64,000 bases of DNA from Toensbergia leucococca. Lineage: Eukaryota. Location: positions 62,001-126,000 of the forward strand of contig JALDZS010000012.1 of the NCBI GenBank assembly GCA_022813965.1, written 5' to 3'. The translations under genes were made by a program, and so were the position numbers. The notes below the pieces were generated by a model. The model worked only from the letters and a program-made list of their open reading frames with translations. It was not told the origin of the DNA and did not search any database. Every line of letters begins with the position of its first letter. Positions within the stretch are counted from its first letter, which is position 1. Below are positions 1-10,345 of this stretch, one piece after another.

Positions 1-699
1 GGTACTCGTATGAGTGGTTGTTATTTTAAGGAATTGGGGTTTGGGGGGATGTGAGGGACTGGGGTGCAAAGGGGGTGTGTGGGGTTTTTGGGGGATGTGA
101 GGGAATTGTGTTGTTGCTTGATGTGTAATTGTGCTGTTGTTTATTTGGTATGGGAGGTATTTGAGAAAAGGTATTGTGATCACAAGGTACATTTATATCG
201 AATATCTACCGGGCGGGAGGGTGTATTTCTCCTTGTCCCTTGATTCTTTTGCTTTCAATGTTGTGACTGCGTTTTTGGAGGGTGTTGGTTGGACTTTGGG
301 GATCTTGCGTGAGGTACATATTAAGGGGGGAGTTGGAGATACGTAGGGTTAGGGGTGTCAAAGGGGTAAATGTCACCGAATTTGCTGGAGTTGATTTAGA
401 ACAAAGTCAACGTCGTGAAGGTCAGAAAGGTCTTTTCGGCCTAGCTGTTCTGTATGATCTGGTAACAGACTTTGAGCAGATTATAATAATAAGCCATATA
501 GATCAATTAGATTATGCTTTACAAACGCCAACATATCTCATCTTCTTCCAGCAAACCCTTTCTTTCCGCCCCCGTGTTCCATCGATACGAAACACCCTTA
601 TCAACTCAATTCCCCTGCCCTGACCTTCTCCGCCTTATACAGCATTCCCTCTCATAGCCCCGTCGAAACCGACCTCCCACAACTCACTCACATTCTCGC

Positions 700-1559
700 C
701 TATTCCCAGTCACAACTCTCCCCGACTAACCCAGCCAATCTCTCCAACCCTACACGATCCACCTCATCAAATGCACCCACAACAGTACAATCAATATCGA
801 TAATAGCTACCACCTATGACACTCAATATATCAGCTATCATGCCCTCTCTTCACCTTCTCTCCTAAACTGACCTCTTCCCCCACTTTCACAGGCACAACA
901 ATCTCGCTCCTACTCTCTCCATCACAAGCTATATGCCCTGGGAACACCCGCACGTCGTGCACCACTTGTGTGGTGCCATCTCGCGCGGCAGTACCGCAGA
1001 CGCCACGGCCGAGAAGGATGGTTTGGCAAGCGGGTTTGCCTTGGAAGGGGCCGAGGAGGAGGTGGGTGCGGGAGTGGGGTTGTCGGGGGAGGATGTAGAA
1101 TCCTGATAGGGGAGGAGTTAATTTTAATTGAGCGGTTTGTTGGGGGGAGGAGGTTACCAGCCCAATTAACGCAATTGGATGGATAGGTGAGGGATTTGTA
1201 GGCGTGCCAGAGGAGAGAGGAGGTGTTTGCTAGGTTGCTGTTGAGGTTGAATTAGCACTGGAATATTTGGCCTATGTCGAGGTGTGGATTGGAACATACG
1301 CACCATACCTACGATCGTGGAAGGTGGGTGTTAGGCAATATTCTTTGTTTTGATCCCGAGTTGGGAATCTAGGGAACTACCCAGTTTCTTTGGCCTTCGA
1401 GGAGCAGCGAAGCTTGCTCGTAGAGTTGATTGTAGGTTTCTTGCTTGGAAAGGCTGGAGCGGAAGTCGGACGATGAAGCGTGGTGAGTCTGGGGATGGGA
1501 TCAGCTGAATTAAGGGATTGAGGGGTGGTTCTGGGGAGAGGAGGAGTTTTTCTGACCAT
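700..1559 (-). CDS. Free methionine-R-sulfoxide reductase (fRMsr, GAF domain; YKL069W-like), 6 exons
   Basis: Manual splice: exons 1559-1557 (ATG), 1488-1381, 1308-1304, 1237-1158, 1102-873, 813-700. Product reads ...LLEGQRNWVCNLANTSSLLW...VNWAGFY...LGPFQGKPACQTILLGRGVCGTAA...DVRVFPGHIACDGESRSEIVVP...VVAIIDIDC...CDWE*. These are the classic fRMsr motifs. Missed by the ORF track. Confidence 0.92.
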
Positions 1560-2345
1560 ATCTTGTGGGGGTTTGTTATGGTGATTTTGGTGCATACGTT
1601 CAGGTACCTATTCCAGACGATGCATTTCTTCAATTCGAGGGTTGTTCCACATGAACAATAGCTGACCTCATCACGCATAGAATAGTAATCACATACAGGA
1701 CTGGGCTCAGTCTATGACATGAGACGAGATTGGATTATTGATGGAATAATTCGAGATAGATGAGCATCATGGGTTCTCAAGCAGAACACTTGCTTCAAAA
1801 GTGCAATCCGACTTATTAAGTACGGACTGGTTTGGTACGCATTGGGTTCACCAATCGATATGAAGCCAAATTGAAATGACCATACCTTGGCACGATTAGT
1901 ACAATTCAATAGAAACCGTCGAATGTTTTAGGCGCTAAAAAACCATTGGGAATCGGGCGCGTTTTCACCTAGTTACACAAATATGCATGAGTGTCGCGGT
2001 TTCCACAAATAGAGGGGCAAAAGGGTTTCCGGTCCTTGTCAATTTCTTGGGGTCGAGGGGTGTAGGACTATTCTAGCGCCAACATCTCCTTTTGATCAAA
2101 TTATTCAGGTCTCTCCTTGTTCACCCATCAACATCATCACTTCTTCACTTGTTCTTTCAACAACCGACACTCGTTACGGTTGCTCTCTTTACTACATTTT
2201 AAGTAATCACTACTTGTCTTCACCAGCCGTCTCTCACTCTCTCGAGACTTGCTACTCTTATCTTATACGCGTCCAACGACCCCCTTCCAATAACATTACT
2301 TTTCTATAGACATCAACCTTGGCAGTGAAGTCACATAATCCAAAG

Positions 2346-3865
2346 ATGAAGGGATTCGGAGCTTCCATTCCCATTTCCGTCGCTATCGGTGCTTCCAATG
2401 CCATCGCCGGTGCCCTTGCTCCAAGAGCCTCGAGTCTACCAGCAGTAACAGTGTCAGGCAATGGTATGAACTGTGCCCCTATACAAGTGTCACTTTACTG
2501 ATGATTTCATGCAGCCTTTTTTGCCGGCAGTGAACGCTTCTACATCCGTGGTGTTGACTACCAACCAGGTACCGGATACCTAACTCCGCATATATACTCA
2601 ACGCTAATTCCTATTCAGGTGGATCCTCCGACGCTGTCGACCCCATTGCCAACAGCGCTACTTGTCAACGAGATATAACAGAATTCACCAAACTTGGAAT
2701 AAATACTGTTCGCGTTTACACGGTAGATAACAGTGCAAACCACGATAGCTGTATGAATGCTCTCAAGGCAGCTGGAATCTACCTCGTGTTGGATGTCAAT
2801 ACCCCAAAATATTCCATAAATCGCGCCGACCCAGCTCCATCATACAATGCTGTATACTTACAAAGTATTTTTGCAACTATCGACGCATTTGCCAACTACA
2901 CCAATACTTTGGCCTTCTTCTCCGGAAACGAAGTGATCAACGATGACCCTTCATCATCGGCTGCACCATACGTCAAGGCTGTGACTCGTGATATGAGGCA
3001 GTACATTGGAGATCGTGGATACCGTAAGATACCTGTTGGGTACTCTGCTGCTGACATCGACGACAACCGCCTTGATATGGCCGAGTACATGAATTGTGGT
3101 ACCGACGACGAGAGAAGTGATTTCTTTGCATTCAACGATTACTCTTACTGCGATCCTTCAAACTACGTTCAATCCGGATGGTCGCAAAAGGTTCAGACCT
3201 TCAGCAACTACAGCCTGCCACTATTGTGAGGCACCTACACTCAAATCATTGTCAAGTTACTAATGTCGTGTTACAGCTTATCCGAGTACGGATGTATCAA
3301 GAGTACCCGTACTTTCTCTGAAGTTGCTGCTCTCTACTCTAGTCAGATGACTCCAGTGTACTCCGGCGGCCTTGTCTATGAGTACTCTGAAGAATCTTCC
3401 AATCCCGGCTATGGACTTGTTACCATCGATAGTAATACTCAGGTTACTGAGCTTCCTGATTTCGCTTCGTTGAAAACAGCATTTGCAGGTACATCTAATC
3501 CTTCGGGAGACGGCGGTTATTCAGCCAATGGTACAGCAAGCACATGCCCTCCACAGTCCGCAGCCTGGAACGTTACCAGTGACGCCCTTCCAGCTATCCC
3601 TGATGCTGCTAAGAAGTACATGACTCAAGGTGCTGGTACAGGTCCAGGTCTCTCCGGCGCTGGTTCTCAAGATGCTGGCGCTGGTAGCACTGGCACTGCC
3701 AGCGCGGGATCTGGCTCAGCGACGGCCACTGCTTCTACATCCTCTAGTACTTCAACACATAAAGGGGCTGCCGGTACTCTACGCGCGTCAGACTTCTCTT
3801 TCGCACCCTTCAGCTGCGGGCTTGTAATTGTAGTCTCCACCCTTCTTGGTGCCGCTCTTTTATGA
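2346..3865 (+). CDS. GPI-anchored 1,3-beta-glucanosyltransferase (GH72, Gel/Gas family, no X8 domain)
   Basis: Exons ~2346-2464, 2515-2568, 2619-3225, 3277-3865. Motifs RFYIRGVDYQPGG, FFSGNEV, IPVGYSAAD, LSEYGC, YSGGLVYEY. Ser/Thr-rich linker and hydrophobic GPI-signal tail. Confidence 0.95.
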
Positions 3866-4849
3866 TGAACCTTTGCTGGGGGAATGTCATTGATGCAAGC
3901 AGAGGATCTTTCTGTTTTCTAGGGGTTTTCCAAGGTCAATTTTTCTTGTCTTTTTCACGGTCCTTGATCACAAGCAGACGCGGATGTGCTCTTTATGGAA
4001 ACAAAGCTTGAGCGATTGATTTTTCAATTGAACCGCGTTTGCTCAGAGTAATGAAAAAACAATTGGGATTCGGGTACTTGTGATGATTTGAGCGTCAGTT
4101 TTGCACACAAGGCATACATAATTTGGATGGTGTAGGCCTTGTCCTCTGGGAGTCCCCCTGATGCATATCAGAGCCTTACCTGAGTATCATTCATGCTCAC
4201 GATGAAGTGCTCATTCCTGCTCCTAATAGATTCATCGTCCACTACTTGAGCGGCTCTCTCATTCTGCAGCTCCGTCTCTTTTACACATACGACCTGAGTA
4301 ATCATCTAACATCGCAGGTACCTCTCTGCCCATTCCTATATACTCATCACTCTATATACGCACCCAATTATACCTAGCTATTTTGTGTCTATACAAATTG
4401 CTTGAATAGCATGGATTGCCTTGATTGCTCATCCGGTCTGATCCTCCTGTGCTGTTGATAAATCATCGACATGATAATGGACTGTACGCAGAATTATAGC
4501 TTTCGCTGCTCATAACACCCAAAGATGATTGCAAAAAATTTCAGACACAGCCGTGACTTTTGATCTCTTATAAATGTTAAAGATACAAGCAATTATGCCT
4601 CTGATGACTATTATCCTGAGAAGATGCAATTGTGCAGAGCATGGCCGGAAGCCATGTTTATTTAACAGGAATCACACATCGGTGAGAGACGAGAATAACT
4701 CCGGTCAATAATTGAATTCATTACCACGACAAGTCTTATTTCCAGTCTTCTGATGATCATGAGATTGATGAGGGAGCTTCATGACAAACATGGGCTCGAG
4801 TCAAGATTGTCCTTGAGCAATCACAAACCAGGCCTTGGATAGATCAAAA

Positions 4850-5563
4850 ATGGCACGCACCAAGGTACGCAATCAATGGGTGGGAAATCCTATCCTCACC
4901 ACCATCTCAAGTATATGAATCTGGGGCTGATTGTACTTTCATCTCGCGAAATTTGACCACTTCTGGCTTCTACATCTAGCTAGCAGAGCATTCAAGACGC
5001 GCGCCGGCACGCCGCAACGGGGGAGGTCCCGCCCTGCTGTAAAGATAGCCGCACAGCACGTTCGTGGCACCAGCAGATTGTGCTTCTACATCGATTCAAG
5101 GCGTTTCGTTTTCCAATACAGCACACTGTTCCCCCCCCCCGTCTTCTATCCCGGTTAATAAGTGCAACATGATTATAACCCGCAACTCACCTGTCAAGGT
5201 GAACATTACTGACTGTGGCACTCCGTGAGATCCGGAGGCTACAGAAGAGTATGAATCTGTTGATCTCAACATTGCCATTCACCCTGTCTGGTCAAGGAGG
5301 TCATTTACAAAGTCATCCCACCTCCGCTGAAGGTGGAGTATACCTCAATTGAGCAAGCTGCCAGGAAGTACCAGACCACCGTGGCCGCATTGGCTAGCCT
5401 GGATGGTACACTATACAAGACGGCAGGGGAATTAGGAGTAATTAACGAGGATCTATGCAAGCTCGCCACTCCAGAGGTCTTGCCTGTCATTGACAAAATC
5501 ATCCAAATACATACGGGCTTGGTCAAACGCCGAGCCATATCCGAAAAATTCCTTCCACCTTGA
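4850..5563 (+). pseudogene. Divergent histone H3 / CenH3-like pseudogene
   Basis: caaaaATG GCA CGC ACC AAG|gtacgc (MARTK plus donor) at 4850-4864. HRFK at 5089-5100. [24 protein letters not shown] at 5212-5283, then a +1 frameshift into [C]LVKEVIYKVIPPPLKVEYTSIEQ. Confidence 0.75.
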
Positions 5564-5606
5564 CCTTACAAACGCTGGTTTCTAGAATTTTGATTACTCA
5601 CAATAG

Positions 5607-5880
5607 AAGGATAATGACAAAATCGTTCATTTTTCATATGATATACACGATACCGCAGGCAAATTTCTCGATGAACGATTTCGCACTGATCCCGAAAGAC
5701 CTCTCGATGAACTTTTTCGATGGCATTTTCGACAGGCGGTATTGACGAACATGAGAGGTGCTGGAGAGCCAGACTTCGAGATAGACTTCCCCCCTGGCTC
5801 GGATATACTTCGTGAAATACGTGAAGGCCCAAAAGCCGCAGAATGAATGGAATTCGAGTTGTTCAATCGTCTTGCGGTAA
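5607..5880 (+). pseudogene. C-terminal fragment of a fungal HNH-nuclease-domain family protein
   Basis: Translates DNDKIVHFSYD...RPLDELFRWHFRQAVLTNMRGAGEPDFEIDFPPGSDILREIREGPKAAE*MEFELFNRL. This matches the recalled WHFRQAVLxNMxGAGEP tail of fungal HNH_2 proteins. In-frame TGA at 5844-5846. Confidence 0.7.
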
Positions 5881-5979
5881 GTGTACATTGTTGCACCTAG
5901 CATTACGGGTCCCACCTTACATGATGAGCTGTTGATAAGCATCCCTTGATTTTCTCAAGTGCCTAGCTAACTCATTAGG

Positions 5980-6440
5980 ACCTGAACTTTCTGATTGCGG
6001 CATGATCATTTCAGGCACCCCCGCATCTGACTGAGCCGTGCTGTTTGAAGATGCTCAAAGAGGATACACATCTTCCGTTTTCACTTTGATAAGAGAAGTC
6101 TCACCGCCTGTCCCTACTGTGCTAATCAAGGCCAACCCTGCCTGAAGATATGAAAACCTATAGCAACCTGCAATAGAGAATGTTAATAGATTAGGTGCCT
6201 GAGATCAATCATCTCATTGAAATGTGTGACAGCTGACAGGAGCATGAAGATGATTCCCCTTCCTTTCAACGGACATTCAAAATCCTTGAAAACATCATAA
6301 AATTGTGTAAGATATCCGTTGAAGCATACACTGACTGAAGCCTGCGCCATGATTTAATGAAGAAATTGGAGAGCTTCAAAAAGATTCAGCTTTTGAGCCT
6401 TGAATTACAGAACCTCCGTCCACAGGTAATTCACCAGTGA
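5980..6440 (+). pseudogene. Degenerate Zn2Cys6-like Cys-rich gene relic (copy 1)
   Basis: EPCCL/RCSKRIH...ACPYCANQGQPCLK with one frameshift. It is followed by an apparently mutated donor (atatga) and a downstream exon VPEINHLIEMCDS* containing stops. Confidence 0.45.
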
Positions 6441-6569
6441 GACTGCTGGGCTCGCAGCTTTTTAACGGCGAGGATGACTTTCAAATTCCGGACAGGTATG
6501 ATGATCTATTCAGTTGTCAGAAGAAATCTAAGGGTAGAATAGGGGCGCATCATATCAAGCGAAGCTCGA

Positions 6570-7435
6570 TGCATTCGTTCTGACTGCTCGCTGCCCGCCA
6601 GTTCGGAATCCTCATCAAACCCAAATCCTGAATCGACAGTTCAGAATCCAGAATCCATCTCCACTGCTCCTAGCTTTAGCAGCCGAGCCACATCAGCGGA
6701 AGAGACAATATTCCACCACCCTATCGGCCCAAACATCATCGCTGGACCATCGTCTTCCACCGCGGCCGGTAAGAAGCCAGCGAAACTGAAATCAAAGACT
6801 AAGTCCCAGTCATCAGCCACTCAGTCATCATCAGCTCCCCCACCTGTAGAATCCGATAGTATGGCCGGAAACAATGGCTTCTCCGAAGCCCAGCGTGTTG
6901 AGCAGCGAAACATGTTCTCGGAAATCAGTCAGAACTTCGGGACGGCCCAGCGTGGACCGCTGGGACCGCCAGGACCACCCGGTCCACCCGAAATCGAGGG
7001 ACCAGCCGGCATCAATGCTCAAGGCGGAGCTGGCCCTGGTCGATTCATACCTGGGGACGTGGGCTTCTTCAACCCGCACTACGATGGTAAGTCATCGGAT
7101 ACCGCCTCAGGAACCGAGCACGCTGGTAAGGATACATACTTCCGTAATATCCATGCGTTCATAGATCGAATCAACGATGTCTCCAGAGTCAAAGGCGCTG
7201 AATTGATTCAAAAAACCCCACAACTTTGACTTCGTGGATCGGCGCTCGAATGATATACGTCGGAACTTACGGAAGGTGAGAAACGCCTCGCGAGCTATGG
7301 TGAAAATCCGAGCGAATGGACAGCCCTGCTACTCGCCCGGTTCAAAGCCCCACGATCGGTGGGTATGGGAATCATATTGAAGGAGAAGTACACTATCCAA
7401 GATGCTTTACGAAGTCGGGAACCAAGGGAGTCTAG
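6570..7435 (+). mobile_element. LTR-retrotransposon gag-like fragment (decayed)
   Basis: GPPGPPGPP linker, then RFIPGDVGFFNPHYDGK...EHAGKDTYFRNIHAFIDRI...L*LRGSALE*YTSEL...EWTALLLARFK...EKYTIQDA. This resembles the gag of fungal Ty3/Gypsy elements. Stops at 7227 and 7251. Confidence 0.65.
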
Positions 7436-7588
7436 AGAGTCCGGCACTCAGGGAGTAGGTGAGTTAAATTGTGACCCCGTGATTCACGGGCAAGTCTTGA
7501 AATTACATAGTGTGATTCAATCACTTTGAGGGAATGTAAGTGCCTATGCTTTGTTTTTCTGATGCCTTCCTGACTTTACTAATGCGTT

Positions 7589-8200
7589 TTGCAGGAACAT
7601 CAAGAGTCAATCACTGCTAGGTCCGCTGAGCCCTCGGAGTCATTATTGAAACCTTTGTGTCTCAGGTGCGCAAAAAGCTTAAACATCATTAATGAATCTT
7701 GCGAAAAGCTTGAGTACTTGAAGTGCTCTCACTGTGTGCACGGTCACAAGTTCTGTGAGGAAGTGAGTGAAACACCTCAGAAAAGCCATCCTTTCTCTAC
7801 CTGAGCAATAGATATCTCTTGCGTTCATTCCTGACGCAAATGACTTGATAAGAGTTCATAAGCGCTGACTAGAAGCAGCAGATGGGTCTGTAGAAGAGAA
7901 TGATGCCCGTCAAGACTTAGTAGAGGGTGTTTGAATCTTCACTCATGTTGTTCAAGCGTACCTTGTTGACAGAGTGAGGTTCAGAGATCATAAAAGATCA
8001 TTCAGCTGAGTTGAAATTGGCTTGTTGCAGTTGAAGGAAATGCGCAAGGCTCATGAGGTGTAAGAGCACCTAGTCAATACCTTGTGATGAAACGTGAGTC
8101 CTATCCTTACACTTATGCTTTGATAGCGTTAACATGATGTATCATAGTTGAACCTCTCAGCATTAACTAGTACGGTTCTCAATGTAACTGCGGCAGGATT
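7589..8200 (+). pseudogene. Degenerate Zn2Cys6-like Cys-rich gene relic (copy 2)
   Basis: CLRCAKSLNIINESCEKLEYLKCSHCVHGHKFC (Cx2Cx10Cx7Cx2Cx6C), then a gtgagt intron and a downstream exon with several TGA stops. Confidence 0.5.
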
Positions 8201-8949
8201 GAAGTGAGTCCTTGCTCACATAGTTCGAGACATGCATCCCTCAAACTTCATGGTCTACCCGCACGCTGTCAACAGAGTTTCAGAAATCAACATCACCTCC
8301 TGCGCCGTCTCACAACTCCCCACTCATCCTCACACCGTCATCTGTGAGACACACAACAGTGAACAAATAATACTCATTTGGAATGGTTTGGATTTTGAAT
8401 TCCAGCGAGACATCGATGAACCTATCGCTGGTCTTACTATGAATTCCTTTCTTCAGGCCCTCGATAGAAGGGAAGCACCGATGGTGGGTTTGAGCCTTGA
8501 AGAAATGAAGAAGATGTGCATAACCTCTGAACACCTGATAGACAGTGTGTGATACGCCGTAGGTACAAGTTCCTTTCAAATACAGCTTTTCACTAACTAT
8601 GAAATAGGTCAGCCTAGATCCACTGACTTGGGCGCAATGTCATTGCATTGATGGGTTGAGAGACAAGAGGATCATTGAGGTGAACAATGAGTACTTCAAT
8701 TCAACTCTTCAAGATGATCTTTGATCTCAGGCGCGGTGTGAGATAGATGCGTGATGTGTGCAGTGCGTGTGTCTACTGAAAAGAGGATAGACAAGAGGCC
8801 GCTAATGAAGCCGCAAAGGCACATCGCGATTGGAAGATACACACACATGCAATCTATGAGTTACAGTGTGGTATTGCTATTTGTATTTCAGAATGGAGTG
8901 ACTTCTGAGGCATTCATGAGTGTCAACACCGCTGAATCCCTCGATTGAG

Positions 8950-9500
8950 CTTTCAACGCGCCCATCTACAATTTAATGTTGATTTCAAGTGCTCGCCGAT
9001 AGAGATCCTGCTAGGAGTAGATCCAGCGCCACTCCAAACTCTGGCCCTGTCCGCTCCATTGGACACTGAGGTAGTTGGATTGATCCAACACTCGAACGAT
9101 GTGAAGAATTACATTCACCTGACACAGTCCCATGTGGTCTCTATGGCTCGGAAACGGGACGCGGTCCTCCAGAGGGACGTCATTCAAAGGTGATACATGG
9201 AACAATCTCACAACATCACTCGCTCCCAGACCCTCAGTCCTGGGAGCCTTGTGATGGTGTTTCAAAAAAAAAATCAGCCAAAGTTGGCTCCGAGGTGGCG
9301 AGGCCCATTCATTGTCACTGACAGGGGCGAGCACTATAGCTACACCATCTCTCAATTTAATGGAAAAAGAGTTCGTGGAACGTTCCATGGGGATCACCTG
9401 CGATTACATCGTCCTAGAAGTGGCTACCTTCAATCTGCCTCTGATATGGAAGCTCAACCAAGCCACACGACTCTCCGTCGACCCCAAGTCCAAGAAGAAG
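8950..9500 (+). mobile_element. Ty3/Gypsy integrase C-terminal fragment
   Basis: SPIEILLG...QR*YMEQ...PGSLVMV...KLAPRWRGPFIV...YTISQFNGKRVRGTFHGDHLRLH carries the GPF/Y module of Gypsy integrases. In-frame TGA at 9191-9193. Confidence 0.85.
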
Positions 9501-9547
9501 GATTAGGTCTCTCTCCGTCTAGCTGGACGTTAAATGGAGCAAAAGCC

Positions 9548-9721
9548 TGTAGTAGAGGCCTCACGTAAGCTTGGTGTATTGCTACCTCGCAAACATACTT
9601 TGTTATCTTAGCAGTGGCCATGGTGCCGAGGAAGGCAGGTGGGGGCCGCGGGCCATGTGACTTCCACAGTGTACTTAATAGCTAGCTTTGCTCGTAGATC
9701 ACTATCCATCCTACATCTACA
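9548..9721 (+). mobile_element. Probable 3' LTR (174 bp)
   Basis: Begins TGTAG and ends CTACA (5-bp terminal inverted repeat, TG...CA). It lies just downstream of the integrase fragment and a purine-rich stretch (aaatggagcaaaag). Confidence 0.55.
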
Positions 9722-9827
9722 GGACTAGGATCTGTGCTTCCATATTGGCTTGGTCTTCTTCTGTGGCCACCGTACCACTGGCGACACCAGCAGGGTCCGA
9801 ACCTGCGCTTCCGAAGAAAACAGATTT

Positions 9828-9945
9828 ATGGGTATTATGGAGTAAGGATGGCAAAGGAAGATAGACACTACCTGGCCCTCACAATTAGTGGGATTGGCCA
9901 GGTAGTGTCTACCTTCCTTTGCCATCCTTACTCCATAATACCCAT
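9828..9945. repeat. Inverted repeat, 50-bp arms (1 mismatch), 18-nt loop
   Basis: 9828-9877 atgggtattatggagtaaggatggcaaaggaagatagacactacctggcc is the reverse complement of 9896-9945 except for one base. Confidence 0.95.
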
Positions 9946-10345
9946 GTTTCAAATCCGCCTGGAAGTACGTAGAGTGTCGAGGATCAGAGAGATAATCGTG
10001 GACCTTGCTGGCTAGTTCCAGGTGGTTGCCAGGCATGATTTCCTTCACATTCGAATAGTCGAAGGCAAGGCGTGGCTCGTCCTCAGGAATCGGATTTTCG
10101 ACTTTGTCGACCACCACAGCTCGAGCATTCCACCGCGATAGGCAACCGTTGGCTACAACTGTCCTTTCATGTATCCCTGCTTCCATCCCCTGCTGGACTA
10201 TTTTCTGCAGCCAGTGCTCCTTGATCGGCGCAAGGCGGCGTTGTTTAGCTACGGAGAAGGGCTTTGTATTGGGGGCGAGGTGGATATGATGTTCGACCAG
10301 GTCGGTAGTGGTGTGGTGCGCTAGGTCTATGTCATTTAGAGTCAT
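9896..10345 (-). mobile_element. Ty3/Gypsy reverse transcriptase N-terminal fragment
   Basis: TDLVEHHIHL...SRWNARAVVVDK...PRLAFDYSNV...YFQADLKHGYYGVRM. Covers the early RT motifs including the first catalytic Asp (ADLKHGY); truncated before YxDD. Confidence 0.88.

Noticed and set aside
6958..6990. GPPGPPGPP as a collagen-like gene
   Set aside because: Only three repeats, lying within the gag-like frame where such Pro/Gly linkers occur.
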